NCBI GenBank assembly: GCA_002633005.1 | Contig: NMRA01000784.1 | Span: 103,828-147,142 of the forward strand | Reading direction: 5' to 3' | Length of the DNA stretch: 43,315 nucleotides | Origin: Phoronis australis | Taxonomy: Eukaryota; Animalia; Phoronida | In this document: piece after piece, positions 32,955 to 43,315 of the stretch | Position numbering within the stretch: the first letter of the stretch is position 1 | Layout of the letters: each line of letters opens with the position of its first letter | Notes under the pieces: generated by a model | The model's input: only the letters and a program-made list of their open reading frames with translations | What the model was told of the DNA's origin: nothing | Databases searched by the model: none | Translations under genes and position numbers: made by a program

Positions 32955-33124
32955 TACTCAATTTAAGAGGTTCAGGCGTTAGTACTCATTACGATGGGGC
33001 AGTTTTTAAGCCCCCAGAATCGCCTACCCAACCTGAGCAATACCTGGAATCAGATTCAGCAGCCCGTGATGGTCGATAATCAAGGAAATGGGTCGTTTTC
33101 GCCACCTGTGGGTCTGTTCATGAA

Positions 33125-33529
33125 CATTATTTACATTCCTAGAAAACAACATCTTTTAAAAACTCCTCGTTGTACTAAATCATTTGCTGAAGATTCAGTT
33201 CGCAGTGCCCTACCTCATATCATTAATAACCTTCCTGGAAATGTTTCCCAAAAATTTTTTACCCATTCGTTATCCTCTGTTATAGATTACTTTAGAAACG
33301 TTTTTTGAAAGTTATGAACTTCAGTGCACCATTGCCAACTGCTTTGTGAGTAAGTATTTTCGATAATATCTCCTAGTCTTTTTACAAGTGCATAATCAAA
33401 TAATTCTGTAATTCTGATTATCTGTAACACTGTATTTTTATTCTCTGGTGGCTCCTTCGGGTCCTTCACAGAATCTCCGTAAGCGTAAATTTGTATTAAT
33501 TGTATTTTTGTCGTAACGTGAATAAAGTG
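33125..33529 (+). mobile_element. 3' end of a non-LTR retrotransposon (probably CR1/L2 group) inserted in the pogo element
   Basis: ORF2-like C-terminus ..SVRSALPHIINNLP..KFFTHSLSS..Y..[frameshift]..YELQCTIANCFV, then a 3' UTR and AATAAA (33521-33526) directly before a tandem-repeat tail; clade assigned from motif recall only. Confidence 0.65.
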
Positions 33530-33580
33530 TACTACTACTACTACTCAACTACAACTACTACTACTACTACAACTACAACA

Positions 33581-33654
<74 letters not shown>

Positions 33655-33921
33655 AACTACTACTACTACTACTACTACAACAACCACAACTACTACTACT
33701 ACTACTACAACAACTACTACTACTACTACTACAACAACTACTACTACTACTACTACAACAACCACAACTACTACTACTACTACTACAACAACAACTACTA
33801 CTACTACTACAACTACTACTACTACTACTACTACTACTACAACAACTACTACTACTACAACTACTACTACTACAACAACTACAACTACTACTACTACTAC
33901 TACTACTACAACTACTACTAC
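33530..33921. repeat. (ACT)n microsatellite with ACA/ACC variants, about 390 bp
   Basis: Directly visible. Confidence 0.99.
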
Positions 33922-34213
33922 AGAAAATGAGGCCCTGAGAGAAGAACGTGTTAAGGGAAAGAAGAAGATACCTGCAAAACGCCTGCTGTTAACAAAAAAC
34001 CAAAACAAAAAGAAGAGAAATCGCCATCCCCATCTTTCGACAACGAGTCTGAACAGGAGTGTTGTCGTTTGTCTAGAGCCATATTCTAAGAGCAGGAGTA
34101 GAGAAAAGTGGGCCCCCTGCGTTGAATGTAAAGAATGGACCCATAAGGAATGTGCTGACGATGGGATGCTGTCCTCCTTTGTGTGTCACAGCTGTTACTC
34201 GGATGAAGACTAA
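33922..34213 (+). pseudogene. Transposase C-terminal fragment with PHD-like Cys/His finger
   Basis: VVCLEPYSKSRSREKWAPCVECKEWTHKEC...FVCHSC.SDED*, inside the TIRs. Confidence 0.75.
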
Positions 34214-34776
34214 CGCAAATGCGTTTAAACTCTCACGTTGTTTACTTTTAATAGCTCATTAAGTAAAAAAGTAGCATTCGATCATCAGTTTAGTAGGTAG
34301 AAGATTATATGTTATTTGCGATGTATTTTTAATAGACAGTTAACATTCAAGCCCTAGTTCTTGTGTAATTTACGGTCGTTTGAGACAAACAAACAGGCAT
34401 ACACCAACACAAAATTGTGCAAAAATGTGTTTTTGTTTATTTTAAGAGTACTGCAATGGAGGCCGAACCTGCCCCGAGGGTGGGCCCCCGAAGGTGAACA
34501 TTTTGCTACAAGACGAGAGCACTTAACTCGCTTACATTTGCACCATATATTGGCGGATAGACAGCACTTCTCGTACAGTGCTTATGGATGAACCAGTTTA
34601 AATAGTTTCTACAATATTGCACTTTTTTCAAAAAAGGGTTGAACTAACCCCGGTCGCATCTAGATAGCTTTGACATTAAGTATTTAACACGCGCTCAGCT
34701 GGACTGGTCTGAGCCCTGGTTTTGGAAATTGACAACTTTAAGTGGAGTGATGCCCAAGTCAGATTTAATTTTATTC

Positions 34777-35092
34777 CAGTGGAAGAATTAGGGGAGGCAA
34801 GGGGGTATGTCCCCCTAAAATTCTTCCAAATTGCGTTTGACAGTTCGAGGTGCGAATGTCTGACGGGCAAAATCCCATGGCTTGTACTCTGCCCTGGTCC
34901 CCTATAGTGGCGGATCCAGTATTTTCAGGGGCGGCAGGGCAGAGTATTAGCCAGGATTTTGCCCGTCAGTCATTCACACTCCCGAACTGCCAAATGGGAT
35001 CTGGGAGAATGAGGGGGCATGGCCCCCTTGGCCACCTCTAAATCCGCCACTGCCCCCTCCCCCTCAAACTCAAAATCCTGGATCCGTCCCTG
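34777..35092. mobile_element. Cluster of small CAGTGG/CAGGG-ended elements: two inverted copies of about 120 bp (34777-34896, 34935-35052), the second nested in a GGCGGATCC-type element (34905-35092)
   Basis: ctgacgggcaaaatcc..gtactctgccctg versus cagggcagagta..ggattttgcccgtcag; tagtggcggatccag...ctggatccgtccctg; related ends near 5270-5292 and 3120-3143. Confidence 0.65.
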
Positions 35093-35743
35093 TATTCGTG
35101 GTAAAATTGGTATTACAACATCGCTGACGCAAACATTTGCGACATGTTTTGTATGGCTATGATTTGTAATAACAAGGAAATGTATGATTTGAGTGACTTT
35201 TTTATTACCTGCCCCGTATTCTCACTGACCCATATTTCAAGCGGCCATGTCAAACCGCTGTCTACTATCACAACGAGTCAAATGTATTAAGGGAATTCAT
35301 GGCTCCAAAAGTTCATTACTGCTTGAGATCAGGCTGCTTTGTCACGGCTACCCGCGGCGTCATTTTGTGCTCTAAGATGCAGGCGCATGGCGCAAGGAAT
35401 ATAACCATTGGGACAATAACAACGAAATCATCTGCCATAAGCCACCGTGCCATCTGGGTAGGGCCTCCTAAGTCTCGATCTAACTGACTACATACATGAG
35501 GACGCAGGCGCATGCATGCACGCACGAATGTAGTGTACGCCTCAAGCACGCAAAAATTGACCTAGATCAAGTTTTCTGGCAACCACTTAAAAATACCTGC
35601 GACACCTGCTACTCAATTCACTGTATCAAAATTACCTACTGCCAGACAATTTCCAGTGGTGGGGGAAACATCAGCCAGGCGGTTATAACTACAGGTACCT
35701 GAAACTGATTACAAATTTTTCAACAAAGACCAATGAATCGTGA

Positions 35744-35973
35744 GGAGGCAGTGTGGCCTGGTTGATTAAGTGCCCGCTTTCTTTACTCGAGGTTGTGGTT
35801 TCGAGTCCCACCAGGTCACACTGCTAAACCCTTGAGCCAGGTTTCTAGCTCCTCAGCTCGGTTTTAATAAAGCATAAAAATATTTCCAGGTAATCAGTGC
35901 AATGGGCCCACATTTGAGGCCTGCGCACGTCTGGTACAACGTGTATCAGACCGCCTGCAATTATTAATTATTT
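35744..35973 (+). mobile_element. tRNA-derived SINE, about 230 bp, with 12-bp TSD
   Basis: A-box-like gtggcctggttgatt, B-box-like gtttcgagtccc, AT-rich tail, flanked by aatgaatcgtga at 35732-35743 and 35974-35985. Confidence 0.8.
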
Positions 35974-35994
35974 AATGAATCGTGAATGAACGCA

Positions 35995-36420
35995 GCCAGA
36001 CAAATTCAGTTGTGGACTACGCTCATCAGACACAGCCAAACCTCCGAGTTGAGCTAACCCAACCCACCACGTAACCATTTAAACCAACTGTTTAACATCC
36101 AGCATCACTCCACGCGGCGCAGCAGTTATATATACCAGACAATTTCAGTGGTGGGGTGCCCCACGAAATCGGTCGGAACATATTCAACATAACCCCGTGT
36201 ATCATGAAAGAACGTTGCCAGACAAATTCAGTTGGGTGGGTTAACCTCGCCAGACTAGCCCAAACCTCAGAGTTGAGCTTGATCAACCCACCACGTAACA
36301 CGTTGAAGCCCACAACGTTCAGCATCACTCCACACAAGACATCCGTTACATGCCCGACACTTTCAGTGGTGTGATATCTCTGCCAGACAAAATAGAATGG
36401 AGTACCACAACTGAGCTAAA
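35995..36420. repeat. Degenerate tandem duplication, period about 220 bp, with recurring gccagacaa(a/t)ttcagt motif
   Basis: Units at about 35995 and 36217 share ccaaacctc.gagttgagct..caacccaccacgtaac..cagcatcactccac. Confidence 0.7.
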
Positions 36421-37263
36421 TCAACCCAATAGGAAACCAGTTCCAAAGTATTCAACATAAAACCAACTTCGTCAAGGAAATCCTATGATACGCCCAAACC
36501 TCAATATTGTAAATTTCTTTTCCCTTGTCAACCCACATCTTGGAGGACATTCGTTCCTTTAATACTCTCTTTATTGGAAGAATTTACAAGTCTCGTCTTT
36601 CAACGGTACAAGCCCCAATTACTTGGAGAATTTACAGCTGAAAGATATTTTAGGCAGCGATTAAAAATACAGAGCGCTTGTACATTGTACATTCGCTGTA
36701 AAATTCGAGGTCCATATTTTTTCTGTACTATTCCTTTGAACCCCTTTTCTTTTAAATTGTCTCTGTACGGATTTATGCAGCTAGATAATAGTAAGCAGGG
36801 TGTGTGAGGCCTTTCTTAATATAGAGAAATTATTACTGATCATTGTCGAACGATGGAAAAGACTTTATTCTCCTGTAAACACAACTCAGTCAACAACATT
36901 ATTCGCCTTTCTGCGAATGGCGATATACCTGAGAGGGCAACGTATCGCGGATGACCGAAAATAACATATAGACAAAGTTTAGTGATTTACAATCGCACGT
37001 CTCTCCGCAAATGGATTTCGCAACATACTAGCAGATATGTCTGCAAGGCTATCCGGATAATATTCAGACACGTCTTTGTATTTTGGGGAGATTTTTAGCA
37101 ATCCCAGGTAGCCGAGGTTTTGTTTTACCCGAAACTTTGTTAGAGCCATAAAACGGACAAGTTAAGATGTAGATGTCTGTATTCCATCGGTACGATGATG
37201 TCACATAGAGAGTGGACCTTGCACTAAATCACAAAATAGATAAGACTATGCATGCATGGAACC

Positions 37264-37361
37264 TACAATTAATGAAACACACACTTACCGGATTATATCT
37301 TGGTTTCGCGTCGTACAATTAATGAAACACACACTTAACGGATTATATCTTGGTTTCGCGT
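37264..37361. repeat. 50-bp tandem duplication
   Basis: tacaattaatgaaacacacactta(c/a)cggattatatcttggtttcgcgt, two copies. Confidence 0.92.
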
Positions 37362-38339
37362 AACCTTTAAAACAGATATTGACCTGTCGTACATAAATCG
37401 ACACCTTACACTAACAAGAATGGTCGCCCGAAACAGTTTTGTTTCACAGAAATGTCTCGCGCTTATGTGTTTGAAATAAGCATGTTCGTTCAAATTGAGT
37501 GCCCCCACTCTGGGGTTGTTCGTTACTGAACACTAGCTCTTCCTCAAAAATCATTAGTCACAACACATTGAGACTTGGTATGTACATAAATATAAACGTA
37601 CAAAACTCAGACTTGCTTGTTTATTTCCAGAAAATTCTGAAACAAAATTATGATTTTTTTTGATGTGCTGCTGAAAGTTAGCAAAAGAAGTAAAGTTGAA
37701 TTTTAACTACCCGCCGGAGAAATAAAAGGGCGGACGCAAATTAGCGAAGAATGTGTGTTTAACAGAGAGCACACTGAGACTACTTAAATAAAATGCAGAT
37801 TATCACAGCAACCCAGAAGCACGAAATATTTTTTATACTAGCACGCAACTTCCTTATCAACTCAAAGAATTCAAAACGTACATGCAATTTTTGTGGCAAG
37901 AATAAACCGTTAATTTCACTTGGTTCATAACTGTAAACTAACTCGTAACTGTGTGGAATGCAAACAGCGAAATGGTACATGTAGGTTCGCAACTATATGT
38001 ACACCAGTTCACTGTTTCACAGGTCACGTGGCGTATCTCTGTATTTTTTCTGTGTATGAGCGCATTGTGTTGAAGTTAGGGCAAGTAAAATGAGAAGATC
38101 CATGTCCAGCCAATATAAGCGGGCAATGGCAATTGCGTCTATACACTCATTTCCGGGGTAGGAATGAGTTACGGAAATTTTTGTCATTACTGACAATTCC
38201 AAAACCTATCTAAATTTTCTCATGACTTTTTTTGATAACGGCGAGTAAGCTCTTCATGTATTTTTACAATTGCTTAATTTCTGATTTTAGGTGACTAATC
38301 CCGTCACGTAACACTAACGATGTATTATAACTGCTATAT

Positions 38340-38690
38340 AGTGATTTTAGTTTGGTTTTAAAATTAAAAAGATACATTTTTAAACTGCTTTGCTTCCAAA
38401 ATATTTTTGAAATTGCTTGATATCGTTTTTCGCTTTAATCTCGTTCTACTTTCAGCTTATTTTTTTCGTTTCTAAATTTGTTTATTTTCAAAATATTTTG
38501 AAATTTGCTTTATATCAAAATTCCTATTTAAACAATTTTTGCTTTCAAAATTTTTTACGTATTTAAAACGAAACATTTTCAAAATTATTTCTAACGGATT
38601 TTGTTTTTGAACATGTTTTACTTTTAAACTAATTTACGTTTGAAACATATGTTTTCTTAGCAATTAAATTAAATTAAATTTAGCTTGGCA
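38340..38690. repeat. Very AT-rich low-complexity tract with repeated and inverted tttcaaaa/tttgaaa motifs, possibly a transposon subterminal region
   Basis: Multiple ttcaaaat and ttttgaaa motifs in both orientations. Confidence 0.45.
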
Positions 38691-40997
38691 GCGGTAGGCC
38701 ACCAAACGTCTACGCCATGTCGTCCGATATCCAAATAGTGTGCATTGCTGTAGGGTCCCCGGGTGACGGTATTAGAGACATTGCATCACTGCAAGCATTG
38801 GTGCAGATATATTTGAATTTATACCAAACACGTCCGTAATACCACATTGTTCCATCATATTTGTTGCCATGTCGCCTTCGTCAGTTTTGTGTACATTCGC
38901 GTGTCTTCCTTCGTGATTGCCGCTGGGATTTCGACTGCGATTTCCTCTTTAGATGATGTGCCCTCGGGATTGTCCTCTTCTCTGCTGTTGGTAGTGGTGC
39001 TGCTGTCTAGGTCTCGGCTGAGGTGTCGGTTTACCTCGGCAAACTTAACAGCTTGAAAAAATAGTCAAAACTGTGACATGCGCGGCACGTTTTGCCTGTG
39101 GACTGTCTACAAAATTGCAAGGGAAATCTTTGAAGTTGTGGCATAGCTCAAAAATGCAGCAAAGCAAGTGATCCTTGCAAAAGTTCACATTATTGGCGTT
39201 TTTCGCTGCTAGCGGAAGATGAGTGCTAGAGAAAACGATAGCGTTTTAGACAGCATGTGTACATGGTTTGAGTTTAGTCGGATAACAAATTTATTGACCT
39301 TTCGTACTTGGACAATCAAACTCCCTCAGTTGCCAAATAGATGATGCTTTCTGAGAAGAACCTCGCGGAGGAAAAACGTATAATAGAAAGGTAGAGCACA
39401 GAGCAGTCTACTTCTTCGATACTTTCAACGAGAACACAATTTATGACCTGATCTGCGTCCAGGACTTTGCGTCACTTGATAAGAGTAGATACCTGTAGAG
39501 TACTTGAGTCTGAGTCAGTGATTAGAGGGAGATAAATTGCAACCGATCCCTTTGTTTTAATGATCGCAAATGGATTTCGTACCTAGAAAACTGGGTTATC
39601 TGATAACGACAATCGCGTGATGACTGGTGTTATTTATATTGCTGTGGGAAAAGATATTCTTTTGCAAGATCACCGGAAGTTGCATTTTTTATTTGCGTTT
39701 CACGGCCTTTCTTTATACTTTCTGAATGGTACATGAAGTATACCGTTTTAAAATTGACCACAATTTGTATTTCATCAAATAATTAAAGTAATAAATCCAG
39801 TTGCGTAGGGACATGTCACCTGATATTAACCGGACTTGGGACACTTGCACGTCAATTGTCACATGCTACTTATGTCAAGGTTTTTTAACCTTTAAATAAA
39901 GTGATTAACATAATGTATTCCTACTGTTCGTATCAAACAAGCCCTGGTGTAGACCTGCTTTTGTAGACCGCCATATTAGTCGATTCATGTCCAAAATTAA
40001 TTGTGAATCGTCTGCCGTCGCACCGGTGTGACCAAAAAGGTATTTCACAAAAATATTATGCCTAATAATTAACTCCAGAACGAAGACGCCATTAAAACAC
40101 CATCTGGGACACTGTTAAAATTTCAAGACCGATGATTTTCTCGATGTCATTATTTATTATCGGAATAGGACGTCCTAGTGATGTTTATGAGTTTGTAAGC
40201 CCTATGAACGAATACCTTCGTTCAAATGTCAATCAATGTTACATTGGTCAAACGGTTACTTACATGTATGTATCTTCAAAATTGTGTCATCCAGGAACCT
40301 TTTGTGCATTGTCATGAACGTAAAATCACATGTCAAGAAATTATGAAAAACATGTCAATTTGGTGTGTAGAACACGATGTGCTCCAATAGAAAGCACTCG
40401 AGTCCATTTTGAATTCTTTCGAGAAGGCTATTTTGAATGAACAGCAAACAGGGTCGCGTTGCACGCTACACTTGTTCACGTGACTTTCCTGTTAAGATAA
40501 AGTCTCGTGTATTTAACCAATTTTGCATAACGGAAGCGTGCTACCCAAGTACAGTAATTATATGTTTATGTGTGTATGTGCAGGTGCATGTGCATATACA
40601 TGTGCATACCTACAGGTTAGTGTTATCACTAGAAACGCGTGAAAGATATCATGCCACTTTCAAAAATTCGAATCGGTAAAAGGTATTAACGGGATCCTAA
40701 ATTGACTCAGAGATTTGAGGCCCTGTGGGTGAATTGTATTTCATGTCTCTCCACCTCGTAGTTATACCTCACTAAAGAAAATCTATCGGCGGGATGACCA
40801 ACGGCCTAAATTTGCCCTTTAATTAAAGTGATTGGTATGTAATACTCTTTTGTGTATTTCCGTCGTGTTCATGAACACCTGAGGAGTAGGTTTATTTAGG
40901 GGACAGGGCCCCGACCTTGTTCGTTTGCTTAGGACAAAAGAAACCGGTTACATGCCAGAACAATATCTCATGTAAATCTCACGAAGTCTTGAATGTT

Positions 40998-41267
40998 CAT
41001 GCGCGCACCCAGGGAAGGGGCTCGGGGGGCTCGAACGAGTACCCCTCCCCCCCATTTTGGCGAAGTGGGGAAAAAGGTCAGCCCTAGAGAAACAAAAAGT
41101 CAGAGGGAAACGAGACGAAAGTCCACTAAAAAGGCGCAGACGCACAGTTCACAGTACTGAAAATGGTACCCCGTTTTTTTAGTTATCCGGCTTTTTTGTT
41201 AGCAGAAGGTCCACTTGGTCAGAAATTCGAGCCCCCCCCCCCAAGCTAAAGGCTGAGCGCGTGCATG
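40998..41267. mobile_element. MITE of the same family, about 270 bp, CATG termini, 5-bp TSD (atgtt)
   Basis: atgtt|catgcgcgcacccag...ctgagcgcgtgcatg|atgtt; internal gggggctcgaa/ttcgagccccc. Confidence 0.8.
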
Positions 41268-43315
41268 ATGTTATCGAGGTCCTAGCGTTGACTGAACCGA
41301 TTCTACCCAGGTGTGGCAATAAGATAGCGCCATCTGTGCACATGATTCCTTTGTCTTGTGATTATTCTTTGAAAACGCGGGAAATTTTAATATCCCCGCT
41401 GACATTTACATAGCCATTTTCACCAAATGTTACGTAGTAGTCCTTCAAAAATAGCAACATGACAAGTGAGTTATATATAGAAAATACATAGCACGTGACA
41501 TGAAAGCCTTTGTTGATTGGGTACTTGAAGAGCTGCACGGGGTGTTTTTTTCAGACGATAAATCCCGCCACATTCTCACACGACACCACAACGTATGGAC
41601 GTATCTTTCAAACCTGTCGGACTGCTGGGTGGAGTTTTTTCATCCTAAGGTTTGTAGCTGCCATTTTGTAAAACGTTTTATTGCCAACTTCTTAACTCAA
41701 TTCAAAACTAAATAGCAGCGTCAAAAACTGTTTAAGGCTACCTATTTGGTTAAACAATTGGACGCATAGGCCTGCGATTTGGCGGGTTTGTCTTGCTGTC
41801 CCGCCACAACATAAAAACATTTCATTTTTGGAAGGAAAAGTACTCTGCGGTACTCCTCGTAACCCCAGCAAATGTCAGTTCGAACACAAGAAATGCCGTG
41901 AGGTCTATCTCGCTCTCTCCGACTGGCATTTCAATCACGCGTTCGGCCGCTCTTTTTCGAAGTACTCCGTTTTCTCAACCCTGGTGTTCTGTTTACATGA
42001 GTTGACAATCGAGGACTCCTGCCTTTGACTTTTTGAATGCAGTAAATACTGACCTTGATTCAGTGGCTCAACCTGATTCAGCAATTAAAGCAGTGCTCTG
42101 TTCAACCATTAATTTTAGAATTGTCTATGATGCTAGCAATGTCGATGACAGCAACATGTCGATCGCGCTTGCGGTTGATAATTACAACAGCCGCGTACGC
42201 TTCAATACGTGCTGTGCGACTCAAGTGCTGGCCACAGCCATGCTGGGTCACTTCACTGTCACCTCATTATATTGCATATGTTAAATATTGTCCAAACCTT
42301 CTGATTTCTGACACGATTGATTTGAGCTCATTTATTCCTTGTGTAGAACCACTGAAACTTAGGCCTGAATTAAATGCTAACCCGGCGAGCCGGCTGTCCA
42401 ACTTGTGCAGTTCATGGTTTGCAAAATGAAACTACCCGTTTTCTGACGTTCATTTCAGTCAGTTGTCGTTTTCTTATTCTGTTCATCAAGACTGCATATC
42501 CTTCATGTAGACATACATGTATCTAATAGAGATCACGAATAAGCGCCTGACCTTAGACTGGTGACTCACCATTTCCTGGTATCGGTTTCGATATGAAAAA
42601 AGTGTTTTGTTTGCGTTGTCAAAGCAGATACTTATCATGCGAACAACATGTCTTAGTGACGGCATGCCGTAGCACAACTAACAATACCAGCTTAATTAGG
42701 GTCCGGTTTTTTTAATGTTATATTTTGAAGGGGTACATTTTGAAAGGGTGTGGCTTTGAGGTCCCTGGTACACTACCGTAGGGGCTTTTTAATTAAATGT
42801 GCCGTTAGATTTATGGAGGCTGCTTGACGATCGAAGAAAGCCCTTAATTTTTCAAATAAAACTTGTAGGCGTGAAAACCAAAAAGTGCTAAACGGCATTT
42901 CTTCACTCAGGGTGCACACTTTTGTTTCAGAAATGGCATTTTATGAAGTTTTCATTTCAGCTTTGAGATTTCGGTTATTGGAATCAACATGACATATGGA
43001 ATATCGGGTTAAATTTTTGTGAAGTATCCTCATTTAGTTTTTGAGATTTGGCCTGTTGAAATAACAAAGAAAATGTGGACTAAGGAGAATACATCATTGG
43101 TATTGTCACATCCATTTTGGAAAAAAGACTTAAATCTGGCTTAGGAACTAGAAAGTTTATTATTGGTAACTCATGTATTTAATCACTGAACACCAATATA
43201 AAAAATAGGTTCACACCTGTGTATGCTTCACAAGGTGTGAGTATACAAATAAAACATAGCGATTGTACTTAATCCTTAGACATACTTAGAACTTAACTAT
43301 CATCAGAGTCACATC

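Larger units (their letters stand above)
31911..34662 (+). mobile_element. Internally deleted pogo/Tigger-like (DDE_1) DNA transposon with nested insertions
   Basis: TIRs gacctggggttagttc (31915) and gaactaaccccggtc (34641-34655); subterminal ggccgaac.tgccccg motifs; transposase relics at 32676 (MNRHYKG..), 32769-32954 (APAGSKGTAHPSGGMT..FLLHFVENVKPSKDAPVLVLLDNHDSHLS) and 33922-34213 (PHD-like C-terminus). Confidence 0.85.

Noticed and set aside
33500-34213. 237-aa poly-Thr ORF and antisense poly-Val ORF as a mucin-like gene
   Set aside because: Non-ATG start inside a LINE 3' UTR; the ORF is a microsatellite fused by chance to a transposase tail within TIRs.
35744-35820. tRNA gene here or at 23210-23284
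   Set aside because: A/B boxes are present but the cloverleaf is degenerate; a SINE body and TSD, or TIRs, surround them.
41500-42430. Cluster of overlapping plus-strand ORFs near the window end
   Set aside because: No recognisable motif on either strand and no consistent splice pattern; I cannot support a call.

Overview
AT-rich eukaryotic (invertebrate-type) genomic DNA, not prokaryotic; most ORFs in the supplied track are exon fragments or shadows. One spliced minus-strand gene (2605-28947) dominates the window. I assembled it by hand from 25 GT-AG coding exons with matching phases (3351 nt, about 1116 aa). It encodes a secreted astacin (M12A) zinc metalloprotease: signal peptide - long pro-region - astacin (HELGHAIGFLH, SDMHY) - EGF - CUB - EGF - MAM - Thr-rich linker - MAM - Thr-rich linker - MAM, with no transmembrane segment. 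The pro-region exons are the least certain part. A 1.75 kb block holding two MAM1 exons appears twice, joined at a single N (12758), most likely two uncollapsed haplotypes. Introns and the upstream 14 kb carry transposon debris: a 5'-truncated RTE LINE in a minisatellite, a deleted pogo-like DNA transposon containing a LINE 3' end with an expanded (ACT)n tail, a tRNA-derived SINE, MITEs with 5-bp target duplications, and fold-back elements with a tRNA-like core. The palindrome TACATGTA is strongly over-represented and differs between the two duplicated copies, consistent with Tc1/mariner-type excision footprints. I found no evidence for a multi-gene novel system; the candidate novelties are features of the protease and of the repeats.
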